A DNA stretch of 44,393 nt, taken from positions 1 through 44,393 of the forward strand of contig JAUCBJ010002879.1 in NCBI GenBank assembly GCA_032718475.1, given 5' to 3'. The position numbers were made by a program, and so were the translations under genes. The DNA comes from Nemertoderma westbladi (lineage: Eukaryota; Animalia; Xenacoelomorpha). The notes beneath the pieces are model-generated. The model was not told where the DNA came from and made no database searches. It saw only the letters and a list, made by a program, of their open reading frames with translations. The number at the start of each line of letters is the position of its first letter. The stretch's first letter is position 1. Positions 24,552-35,978 of this stretch are shown piece by piece.

Positions 24552-25440
24552 GGCGCAGTGGCGGTACGGCTAATGTCGCGTTACGGAAAGTCGCGTTACG
24601 GCTAATTGTCGCGTTACGGCTAATTGTCGCGTTACGGCTAATCTATTGTCTTGGTTTTACATAGGGAATCATTATCAATATTATTCTATGGTGTTTACGT
24701 ACAGATGAGAAAGGTTCGAAAAATTTAATGTAATAATGTTTTACAACATGGGAGTATCCAGGGGTGGGGGGGGGGGGGGGCATTTTAACTAAAAAAACTT
24801 GGTTCGGGTGGTTCGGGGGTGGGTTGGGAAGAAATGGTTCGGCCGCGAAGGGGTTGTTCAATTCACCAACATGCCAGTAGGGATCACCAGCCCCTCCCAA
24901 TGCAGCTGGACCTTAAACTGGGTGATCGGCGGCCGGAAGGACAGCCATTGCCTGCTTGTCAGTCCCCAAACAGAACGCCATATGGTATAGGTAGCGAGCC
25001 AGGCGTTGGTTAACAACATCGATATGAAGTAGTGGAATATGTTCCACAAAACCACTCATTGCTTCTTTGGTTGCTATTTTTGACTGTAATCGGTATCTGT
25101 GCTTGAGGCTGTGACTAAGTATACAATATTATATTGAAGGTGAGGTTGTCGAAGAACATCAGTATGAAAGATGGTAAAATCCCCTCCCCTGGAGACTCTC
25201 ATGCTGTAAAACATTATTACATTACATTTTTCGGACCTCATCTGTACGTAAACACCATAGAATAATATTGAATTGATAATGATTCCCTATGTAAAACCAC
25301 GACAATAGATTAGCCGTAACGCGACAATTAGCCGTAACGCGACTTTTAGAGTAGCCGTACCGCGACTTTCAAAGTCGCGTTACGGCTAATATCTCAAAAA
25401 ATTAGCTGTAACGCGACATTAGCAGTAACGCGACGACACC
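24552..25440. mobile_element. Foldback-type non-autonomous DNA transposon with long modular TIRs
   Basis: Inverted arms at about 24552-24790 and 25175-25440, built from GTCGCGTTACGGCTAAT modules plus a unique inner arm. Perfect 8-bp TSD GGCATGGA at 24544-24551 and 25441-25448. Confidence 0.9.
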
Positions 25441-25586
25441 GGCATGGATGTTATGAAATAACGTGATAATACGACGTCAATTACTTTTACATAGTACCTA
25501 AATTACGGCGCTTTTTGTACTTCTTAGTCTGGATTTTACAAATTTCTTTTTTGGTATGTCGAAAGAGTATGTTAACTATCGGTACC

Positions 25587-26599
25587 GGTAGAGTGTACAG
25601 TAGTGGTAGAGTGTACAGTAGTGGTAGAGTGTACAGTAGTGGTAGAGTGTACAGTAGTGGTAGAGTGTACAGTAGTGGTAGAGTGTACAGTAGTGGTAGA
25701 GTGTACAGTAGTGGTAGAGTATACAGTAGAGGTAGAGTGTACAGTAGTGGTAGAGTGTACAGTAGTGGTAGAGTGTACAGTAGTGGTAGAGTGTACAGTA
25801 GTGGTAGAGTATACAGTAGTGGTAGAGTGTACAGTAGTGGTAGAGTATACAGTAGTGGTAGAGTATACAGTAGTGGTAGAGTATACAGTAGTGGTAGAGT
25901 GTACAGTAGTGGTAGAGTGTACAGTAGTGGTAGAGTGTACAGTAGTGGTAGAGTATACAGTAGTGGTAGAGTATACAGTAGTGGTAGAGTATACAGTAGT
26001 GGTAGAGTGTACAGTAGTGGTAGAGTATACAGTAGTGGTAGAGTATACAGTAGTGGTAGAGTATACAGTAGAGGTAGAGTGTACAGTAGTGGTAGAGTGT
26101 ACAGTAGTGGTAGAGTGTACAGTAGTGGTAGAGTATACAGTAGTGGTAGAGTATACAGTAGTGGTAGAGTGTACAGTAGTGGTAGAGTATACAGTAGTGG
26201 TAGAGTATACAGTAGTGGTAGAGTATACAGTAGTGGTAGAGTATACAGTAGAGGTAGAGTGTACAGTAGTGGTAGAGTGTACAGTAGTGGTAGAGTGTAC
26301 AGTAGTGGTAGAGTATACAGTAGTGGTAGAGTGTACAGTAGTGGTAGAGTGTACAGTAGTGGTAGAGTGTACAGTAGTGGTAGAGTGTACAGTAGTGGTA
26401 GAGTGTACAGTAGTGGTAGAGTGTACAGTAGTGGTAGAGTATACAGTAGTGGTAGAGTGTACAGTAGTGGTAGAGTGTACAGTAGTGGTAGAGTGTACAG
26501 TAGTGGTAGAGTATACAGTAGTGGTAGAGTGTACAGTAGTGGTAGAGTATACAGTAGTGGTAGAGTGTACAGTAGTGGTAGAGTGTACAGTAGTGGTAG
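25587..26599. repeat. 18-bp tandem array (about 56 copies)
   Basis: Unit GGTAGAGT(G/A)TACAGTAG(T/A); two common variants are interspersed. Confidence 0.99.
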
Positions 26600-27091
26600 T
26601 TATAAGGTACAAGTACCGTATAACAGTACCAGTAGCAGCAGTAGGCAGCACCCTTTGTATACTGTCGTTAACGATCAACTAGAACCCCTATAATTAACTA
26701 TAAAATTAGAATAATGAAATTATTATATATTTAATGTTATTTAAATTCTCTGAAATTAAACCTTACATTTAATTAAATATTTCCATTTTCGAATTTAGAT
26801 ACTCTAAGTCATAATAATAGCACTCTATAAGATTACAGTTCTCGTCTCTAATAAAATCTTCGCAGCTTAAATAGATAACTAAAATTTTATAAAGTTATAT
26901 ATTATTATATGAGACTTGAAGTTAATACGTATAGCATATATCTATGTATTTAAAATCCCAGGTACTGAGAACTTAAATCACCTGAAATATTTAACTTCGT
27001 CCGATGAGTGGGAGTGGTTTGTCCTATTAACTTAATCTTACGCCAGACCACACAGACTCAGATAGATAAAATCCATTAACAAAATATATGC

Positions 27092-27795
27092 GAGTAACAA
27101 GGTCGCGTGCCGCGAACACTTTAGTGAGTAACAAGGTCGCGTGCCGCGAACACTTTAGTGAGTAACAAGGTCGCGTGCCGCGAACACTTTAGTGAGTAAC
27201 AAGGTCGCGTGCCGCGAACACTTTAGTGAGTAACAAGGTCGAGTGCCGCGAACACTTTAGTGAGTAACAAGGTCGCGTGCCGCGAACACTTTAGTGAGTA
27301 ACAAGGTCGCGTGCCGCGAACACTTTAGTGAGTAACAAGGTCGCGTGCCGCGAACACTTTAGTGAGTAACATGGTCGAGTGCCGCGAACACTTTAGTGAG
27401 TAACAAGGTCACGTGCCGCGAACACTTTAGTGAGTAACAAGGTCTCGTGCCGCGAACACTTTAGTGAGTAACAAGGTCGCGTGCCGCGAACACTTTAGTG
27501 AGTAACAAGGTCGCGTGCCGCGAACACTTTAGTGAGTGAAAAGGTCGCGTGCCGCGAACACTTTAGTGAGAAACAAGGTCGCGTGCCGCGAACACTTTAG
27601 TGAGTAACAAGGTCGCGTGCCGCGAACACTTTAGTGAGTAACAAGGTCGCGTGCCGCGAATACTTTAGTGAGTAACAAGGTCGCGTACCGCGAACACTTT
27701 AGTGAGTAACAAGGTCGAGTGACGCGAACACTTTAGTGAGTAACAAGGTCGCGTGCCGCGAACACTTTAGTGAGTAACAAGGTCGCGTGCCGCGA
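27092..27795. repeat. 34-bp tandem array (about 21 copies) with an internal hairpin
   Basis: Unit GAGTAACAAGGTCGCGTGCCGCGAACACTTTAGT; stem TCGCG-TGC-CGCGA; no spacers. Confidence 0.98.
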
Positions 27796-28553
27796 CTTCA
27801 AATAAACCTCAACCAACACACTCGGAATGATTAGAACATCTTAGTTAACAAATCTATTTGTTTTCTTTATTTGAACTTTAAAAAGCAGAGCAATACTGTG
27901 AACAAATTATTACGAAAACAATTGAAAAAGTAAGATCCGTTAAACTGCATTAACGCAAATATAAATAATAAACAAATAAAACATTATGTTAGATGTAGGC
28001 AGATTGTTGTTAAAACTACACGTTTCTGAAATTTAATTAGGGAAGATGGCAAGAGTAACCACTTCTGAGAACTCAGAACACTTGATAACCACTCGAAAGA
28101 ACACGCCTACCACCGGAATAATTGAGTGGAACTTTTATTTAGGAACACACAAGCGTAAGAAACACTCAACCTGGATCTCAATCTGATTAATCAAATCCAT
28201 GATGTGTCGAGAAGACGTCATGGTCGTATTGGCATCTGTTTTATTAATTGAAAGAAAGTTCACCGCTACTTTTTTATTGTTTTGTATATTTCAAAATGTC
28301 AATATTACTTAACATTAGTTATACTAACTATTAACAGCGGGTTATTATATACCGGTAGCACTTAATATAAGTGTTTCAAAGTGATAAACGCTTTACAGCT
28401 CTAGTTGAGTAAATTTACAATGAAACTGAACTAGTGAAGAAACATGAAACTTTGAATTCCACTACGTTGTCGCGGTCAACTCAGCTCACAAATCTTTATA
28501 TTATGGCGCAGCTCTGTGTCACTGTGTCCTCGGAATGTTATCTTTATTTGGGT

Positions 28554-28658
28554 GGGTTCCAAGACGAAGGTCCGAATGGGACGAAGGTCCAAAAAACAAA
28601 ATAATCCAGAAGGCCTCTTTCAGACCTTCGTCCCATTCGGTCCATCGACCCAAAACCC
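28554..28658. mobile_element. Small palindromic MITE-like element
   Basis: About 36-bp imperfect inverted arms with a perfect core CCGAATGGGACGAAGGTC / GACCTTCGTCCCATTCGG. No clear TSD. Confidence 0.6.
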
Positions 28659-28869
28659 TTATTACTCACTCACCAAGTTCGTAAGTGTGAAGACGCCTAC
28701 CCCCCTCACCACAATGTAAAGTTCGACAACACAAACACGCAAACATCTTCACTTCAGTGTTCGGCTTCTTTTGTAAGATAGTTTTGATTAATGCTTATGC
28801 TCACGCGTTTAAAATAATATATTTATTTATAGACTGAGATTTATGTTCTAATGATTTTTAAACACTTCA

Positions 28870-29385
28870 TACAACTACTAGGGTCGGCATGCTGCATTGC
28901 AGCGGCATTTTTAAGAATGCTGTGCTTGGGGGAACCAATGAGACACCTCCAATGTTATATAGTGTCTGGTTGGAGATGTGTGCATTGTACTTGACACAAT
29001 GAACCCGGCGTAGCATTCTTGTGAATGTGCCATCCAGAGATTTGGCGTTCTCTGCAGTTAGAGCCCAGCATGGACTCCCATAGAGGAGTACTGGAACTAC
29101 TGCTGCTCTAAATAATCGGACCTTAAGTTTCCGATTAATTCTCGGTGACTTCCAAATCTTGGAAAGCCTATTCAAGGCTGCCCATGCATTTATTTCCCTT
29201 ACGTATTCGAAGGTGCTCACCTGACTTCCGTATCCATGATCCCAGGTAACAGAAGTCGTCCACATGCTCAGCTCAAGCATACCATCCTTTGAGCTTATGC
29301 TCATCCGGTCAGAGACTTGCTAAGGACTTTCAAAGTTAACTGTCAAAATTTTGGTATTTTTGGAGTTTATAAAAAGACCAATTTA
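28870..29385 (-). mobile_element. RTE-type LINE fragment with 3' end and an internal deletion
   Basis: GLFINSKNTK, VDDFCYLGSWI (frameshifted), AWAALNRLSKIWKS, LKVRLFRAAVVPVLLYGSPCWALT, LDGTFTRMLRR. The 3' terminus is nearly identical to 3950-4002. Confidence 0.88.
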
Positions 29386-32300
29386 TACAAAAATAGACAG
29401 AAGTTATGTTTAGTAGGAAATGGTTTATCCCTCAATGGGGAATAGTCACAATCATTGATGTTTAAAGAGTAGATAATATTAATTGTCCCGGGGGCCATGT
29501 TATTTCAATATATTTTGGAAATAAATTGTCACTTTTCATACTTTGTGCGTAATCCCTACCCTAACGGCCGAAGATAATTTTTTCCCATTATCAAATTTCC
29601 CAGTTGTAAGCGATCAGCAATAGTCTTGAAACATTATTTTGCGGAATTACCAATCCACGATTTGTTTAAAAATACCTGAAATACCGTTTAAAGCGATTGC
29701 ATGAAAGCATATTATTCTTTCTCTTCGCTTTGTAGTAATTAATGTCTGTGCAGTCAGATTAGCAGCAATTAGGCAATGGGCAATAATTTGATTCCATTTC
29801 CATACATATTACACTGAAATTCCAGAATGCACTTGAAAGAATCAACTATAAGCAGCGCGGAATTATAATATACACGGCCCATTGGTTCCTCTGCAATCAC
29901 TTGTGAAACAAATGTATTGGAGTAAATAGTTTTACTGGAAACTCGGTGACCGTAAGCGGCGAGCACTCCTGCGAATAGGGATTCCCAACGGACAACCTTT
30001 CAAAAGCGTTTTAATCTGCAAAATGCTACAATTGCCAGATTAAAGTGCAAACTTTACCATACAAATGCGATGCTTGAATAGGCGAGCAGGCGTCCCCCGT
30101 TAGAGACCCATCTGTTAGCTACACGATAAGCCTTTGGCTTTCAAGCTTATCCCTAGGTTACGATTTGAAGAGCCTAAGGGTCCGCGTTTAGCCAAATGTA
30201 ACTCCCTGTCTAAAGTAGTTTAGGATTTACGAGTGAACCCATATGCGCACTATTCGACGCAAAAATAAAATGCAAATCCTTGATATAGGATGATGGAATA
30301 CCTGTATTCGTGGTTTTGTTTAATTTTACTAGTGGGAGCGAATCTTGGACGATATGAATATATTATATAAACGACCTATAAATTTAAGTCAGATTAGTGT
30401 CGATTATAATACTATTATCATTTTCAAGACATAAATTTTACAACATAACTAACTTGCAGAATATTTTGGCCAAATCTACGTGATTGTTCACGGCTAAATC
30501 TAAATGAGATTTCGATGCCTGTATGAGGGCGCTAATAGTTTCACATCTAAACGATAAATGAATTACATGTCTGTATGTGATTACGATATAGAACACAGCA
30601 CCCATGTGTTTCGTCATGCAAGGAACAGCACCCACAGACCATGTTAATAGTTAATGTATACCGATACGCAAAGCTAAACGATGCGAACACAACACCTACA
30701 CTAGCAGAATAATCTGGGTTGCAACCATTCTTCAGAAGTAACGTAATGACGCTTGGCTTTCCGCTAACGTCATTTGCAGGATTGTCAAAACAAAATTGGA
30801 GTTAGTGGTAACGGGCGTCCTGGCTTCGCATTATACACCTCCTTATCCAATTATAGTGCACTTTAGAACAACGCAGGTAATACCGGCGCAAATCACATTA
30901 GCTTCGACCCCTCGCCAGCAGGCCGGAAGCATTGCCTTCGCGTGGTTGAAAATCTTTACTAAACACATTGAAACCGGGTGCACCAGTGTATTCAATTACC
31001 ACGACAACAGGGCACGTCGCGATTGGAACGGACGTTCTCCACTTAAATGTTGGTATATTGAAAGTTCTAAAGATGAAATATGTCAGTTCATATCAGCTAT
31101 AGAAGAAACAAATTTTTGGAGAAGCTGATTTGGTAACAAACTTGAAGTGACCAAAGAAACTTAGTGAACAAAATGGCTTTACCACCAATATATACCAGAG
31201 TTTTCCATCCTAAAAAATGAATATAAATTATACCATGGAGAATTAAGGCTTCGCGCTCGTGCTCAAAATTAACGAATAAAAAACATCGGCAGTTTCGCTT
31301 TTTACAGTTGCCAAAAAAAAAATACTGTAACCAAATATCCAATAAACATGATTATACGTTTCTGAATTTTAACGTAGAAGTCAATGTTTTTCATCATGGT
31401 TTTTTTAGGGAAGCACCCAAATTTGATATAGCTGAGGTGAATAACTTTGTGTGGTTATTTTTGGCGAAAATACTGGTTGTCTAAATATGAAACACGGGAA
31501 GGATAGAGTGCCGATGTGACATGTACCGGGCATCCCATTTAACCACTGGGTATTTATAATTTATCACTTCCTCTACCTAAGACACGGTAGTAATTATGCA
31601 CCAGATTGTGTTTGACATAAATTCACTGAAGTACAAAACCATTGTGAGTCATGCATCCTTAAACTAATCGCATAATTAGGGTTAGTGTTGCAAAGGATAA
31701 CTTTTAGCGGTAAACCACCCTTAAAACGACCCGCAACATAGCCGCTTAAGTTGTTCCCGAACTATAATTTATTAGACAAGAACATCAATTCCGCATAGGA
31801 TTAGCATTAGCCTTAGCATTAGCCAGTTATGTATTTATTTCTAAAAAGTGGTACCATAGGGTACATGCTAAGCACACCTAGCTTAGGATATATTAGAGAT
31901 ATATTACTGATTTGGTTTATTATGAGCTAATTCAAATAACGATAAGTAGAATAAAGCATAACGTGAAGTGGTTATACAGTAATCAATGATTATATATCAA
32001 TGTATGATGAGGTGTGTAAGGGTGTTGTTCCGAATATAGAAGGATAACTGGCTACCAAAGAATGAAGAATATGAAACTACCTTTTTCGAAGCATCATCAC
32101 CACAAACTTCAAAGCTTGCGCAAACCATATTGTCAGTGTCGCCTTAATTACATAACTAAAGTTCGTCTTACGTTTTTGATAGATTGACAAGTCTGAATTA
32201 CGATAAAACTATAATTTGTTCTTGACATTTAAACCAACATCTAAAAATGCGAAATATAGTGCATTAAATAGGCAATAAATCGAATATAGCGCCTATGGCT

Positions 32301-33764
32301 CCATGTTATTTAAAGCATTATAACATTCTCTTTAGCATTGTAACAAGCAATGCCAACTCCTACATTATTATAAAGAGCTCCAAGCGACAATTAATCGTAC
32401 ATTTATTTAAGTAGACACTCATGTACTTTATATAAAGTCATTTGTTAATGAGGGAATTGGTAGGGTTGGTTGAAGAAACGTTTAAAAACTTGTATACTAA
32501 CTAACATGCTCTACCAGAGGCACACGTGAGTACGCAGGGTGAGCTGAGCAACGTGCTGATTTGGCGAACTGCCTTAAAAGTCATCAGATTGTGTGCATCA
32601 ACCCTGCTGTAGATCATGCGTGATTAATGACAGCATTTGTGGGCTCATTAATTATAGAACCTCGATCAATATGACTCCATATTAACGTGGCTTTTGTTGT
32701 AAAGCTTTGTGTTGGTTTTCTATAAGTTTAGATACAATTTGTGAACTCTGAGCCCAGCTGGCTCATCGTGAGTGTGAATAGAATTGTGAGGTTGGCGCAA
32801 ACGGGCGTTGATTACTCTCCATTGGGAGTATTGTATGTGTACATGTGGGTACAATAATGAGCTGTGTCAATCGTTTCACGCCTCGACAAAACGGTACATC
32901 ATTGTGTAACGCTGAGGTTCGTTTATTCCGGGTTATGAAGTGACTGGAGATTGAAATTAGCGATATGGGCGTGCATAATTGTATACTTACCACCTGGGTT
33001 CCCTTTATCACCCGACAACCTCAAGATACCGGTCCGGTACATAATTACAAAATTTCCGCAAATAATTTGAATTTCGATCCAAAATACCTCAGAGAAATCA
33101 ATCAGAACCAATGAATTAGTTTTGTTTCCTAGTGTCAGAGAGTCGTCAACTATCTCACATTTCGAGAGTTCCGATCATTACAAAGATGTCAACGTCTAGA
33201 TAAATATAACGATAACAATATATTACTCTAAGATTTCTTATCGATTTGGCGAGGAATTGTTGAGATAAACAACGTACCCTTGGTTGCCAGCACATGCGCA
33301 CGATGTGTGTGCAGTATACACTATGCAGTGGAGTATGGCTAGATAAAAGAGGAAAAAAGTGATTATATCAAGTCACTGTACGTTCGTGTTGCTGAGCCAA
33401 AATTCGATTAATTCAGTTACTTTTGTAGATAGTTGTTATTATTTTCAATGTTACGGTATAGTGTTGTACACTGTAGGGCCTACACTATTTGGGTTGGCTA
33501 GAAAGATCATCACGTTCTGTAGTGTCACGATATATATAGGAACTTCAACTTCATACAAGTAAAAACACAATAAAATGTATTTTAATTATAATTCACGAAT
33601 TTATTTAACCCTATAAAACAATTTACAAATATTACTGTAAATACATTAAACCAAGTAGCACATTAAGGACTTCGTATAAAATAAATTATAAACAAACGAG
33701 TCATTACATAAATGCACCATAATGTTAATAAAATATGAATAAGTGTATACTGTAAAACCTCATA

Positions 33765-33957
33765 GGGGTCAAGGCAGTTTCGTTTCGGCACGAATGCTTT
33801 TGAGGGTCTATCCAGGGTACATCTCTGCCTTCCATCCTTAAATGGTAGCTAAATGAGTACTGGAGTTTCCTCTGGGGAGTATAGTTTTGGGTGGACCGCA
33901 CTGGAAATAAGTCGTCAGACTTTGTGCGCAATCCATGGCCTAATTGCAGAAAAAAAC
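33765..33957 (+). mobile_element. SINE-like element (copy 2) with conserved-core-like segment and 3' stem-loop
   Basis: ctctgccttccatcctt...taaatgagtac resembles widespread SINE central domains. Nested stems cgcac/gtgcg and aagtc/gactt are followed by an A-rich tail. The left boundary is approximate. Confidence 0.65.
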
Positions 33958-34760
33958 TTTTTTTAAAAGACCTGCAAGGACAAAAAAATAATCCCAAAAG
34001 TACATGCACAACAGATAGAAGAGTAGATCGATGTCCGAAGACTTTTAAATCATAACTAATACATTTTCGTGACAGAATTTGTTAGAAGCGAACCTGAATT
34101 TTAAGCAAATTAAATACGTTAAGAAACCGATCATGAAAAACACATTGAAACCAATTGTAACATAACCCCAAAATGGAACTTAACTTTTAATGTCTTAGCA
34201 GCCTTGAATTTCCAAAATGAATGAAAACTACTTTTTACTACAAAAAAAAACGTCCGAGGCTTAACAAAATATTTTTTTTTCAAAATGGACCGAAAATAAA
34301 ACTTTTGTGGTGAAAAAGTATTTTTTTGGCAGAAGGCTGTTTCTCCAACAATAGTCGTTGAAATTAGTTGTAATTTGAAATTAAGATTTAAAATTATCCA
34401 AATTATTAAAAAACGACATCTCAAAGGCTCGATAAGAAATTTTGTACGAGGCCATTCTGTTCCAAAATGGTTCCGGTCAAATTCTAGAGAAATCTGTTTA
34501 GAGGTTTTATTGGTTATTCTGAACATGCACATTAAATTTAAAATAAAAAGATTTAAAGTTGAATGGAAAAATTAAATCTCTCCCTCTAGTTTATATGTTA
34601 TCATTTTTCTTTAAACATGAATTTGAGAAAATATAAGAATAAACAGCAAAACCAAAGTGCAGCATTATGGATTCTTGTGATTCTCCACTCATCAGAAAGT
34701 CAACTCCATCGTCACCAACACCTGGTTGTTCAGTTACCGCTGGCAAAGTCACCACAGTTG

Positions 34761-34946
34761 AGTTCACCGCAGTTAGTTTCCGGTGTTCAGTACACCGCAG
34801 TTAGTTACCGGTGTTCAGTTCACCGCAGTTAGTTACCGCTGTTCAGTTTACCGCAGTTAGTTACCGGTTTTCAGTTCACCGCAGTTAGTTACCGGTGTTC
34901 AGTTCACCGCAGTTAGTTTCCGGTGTTCAGTTCACCGCAGTTAGTT
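34761..34946. repeat. 28-bp tandem array (about 6.5 copies)
   Basis: Unit AGTTCACCGCAGTTAGTT(A/T)CCGGTGTTC. Confidence 0.95.
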
Positions 34947-35028
34947 GCCAGTATTTAAACTCCGCTGACTATATGCCTTTAACCTTAGGGGACCTGGAGG
35001 GGCCGCTGTGTGCTTCATATGCTGAAAC
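34941..35028 (-). CDS. Unknown minus-strand gene, putative terminal exon (FQHMKHTAAPPGPLRLKAYSQRSLNTGN*)
   Basis: Acceptor ATTATATTACAG|G, phase 2, matches exon 5. TAA at 34943-34941 lies in the first unit of the 28-bp array. Confidence 0.55.
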
Positions 35029-35144
35029 CTGTAATATAATGTTGATATAATTGTAACATAATTTACCAAAACAATTATAAACAAATTATTGTTAATATTG
35101 CAATAAATTGATATTCATTAAATGTAAACCAGTTGATATGTAAA

Positions 35145-35345
35145 CCAGAGAGACTGGTGGTATGATATTAGCCTCTAGCTGGAGGTTTAGGGTTCGATCC
35201 CTTCCTGAGCCAGTTACATTTTCGCAACTGGCGCACCAACCTAAATTAACCTGGATTCTGCTGAGGGAATAAAGAAAACCACCGGTTGGACATTGAGGAA
35301 ATTCCAACCTTGGGAGTAGGACGGGTTCTCTGCTTAACAAGGTAA
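35145..35345 (+). mobile_element. tRNA-derived SINE in intron 5 of the minus-strand gene
   Basis: B-box GGTTCGATCCC at 35191-35201 preceded by a degenerate A-box region and followed by a GC-richer body. Confidence 0.45.
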
Positions 35346-35673
35346 ATATTTCGCAAATAAGATTAAGGAGCCTTAGGGTCGCCTGCGTTGTTTTGGGTCA
35401 CGTTTAACTATAACTTTTACTTGATTTAAAACTCCCTGGCTGTGATAAATAATGTAGATTGTAGGTAAGACTATATAGTGTGCAACTTTCTCAGCCTATT
35501 CTACTTTGCCCGTGTTTATCAAGGCTACCTAGAATATTTATTACATTATTAGTAGACGCCGCAAAAGAACTCATATCAAATTCTGTACTCTTCCACTCGA
35601 ATATTTTTTAACTCAGAATATGACAGATAAATAAGGTTTATAAGTATTTTATCATGGACACCGTTGAACGCAC

Positions 35674-35839
35674 CTGAGTGGGTCGTTGTTGCTATGTAGT
35701 CCTTTTGAAGCACCGGGGGTATCGTTAATTCTAGAGACAAAGGGCGCCGGTCCGGTAATGATTGACAGACCGGAATTGGTGAAATCCGAAAACGGCGGAC
35801 TTCTACCGGATAGTTTCAGAGATTGACCACTACTCGTAA
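35674..35839 (-). CDS. Unknown minus-strand gene, exon 5 (VTSSGQSLK...NNDPLR)
   Basis: Acceptor TTTTTCTGTTGTTGACAG|TT, donor CAG|GTGCGT; 166 bp. Only the phase 1 to 2 frame is open, and that is the frame exon 4 requires. Confidence 0.7.
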
Positions 35840-35978
35840 CTGTCAACAACAGAAAAACATTCGAAATAACTAATATAATATACAAACAAAATAAACTGCT
35901 TCTTTTGCATGGCATTTTTGAACGACCGCTCGGTTACTATAACCAGAGCGTTATTTATGGCAAATAACCATAGCCATT

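Noticed and set aside
25515-26693. Ser/Thr/Val-rich 360-390-aa ORFs resembling mucins
   Set aside because: An 18-bp tandem array open in several frames on both strands; no evidence for a selected reading frame.
27092-27795. CRISPR array (34-bp palindromic repeat)
   Set aside because: Units are head-to-tail with no unique spacers, there are no cas genes, and the context is eukaryotic.
30796-31128. 110-aa ORF, and similar short ORFs at 456-770 and 23959-24605
   Set aside because: No recognisable domain, mostly non-ATG starts, and no consistent splice partners found.
34960-35030. Hammerhead-ribozyme-like CTGA...GAAAC on the + strand
   Set aside because: The core CUGANGA is not matched (CTGACTA), and the segment is better explained as the last exon of the minus-strand gene.
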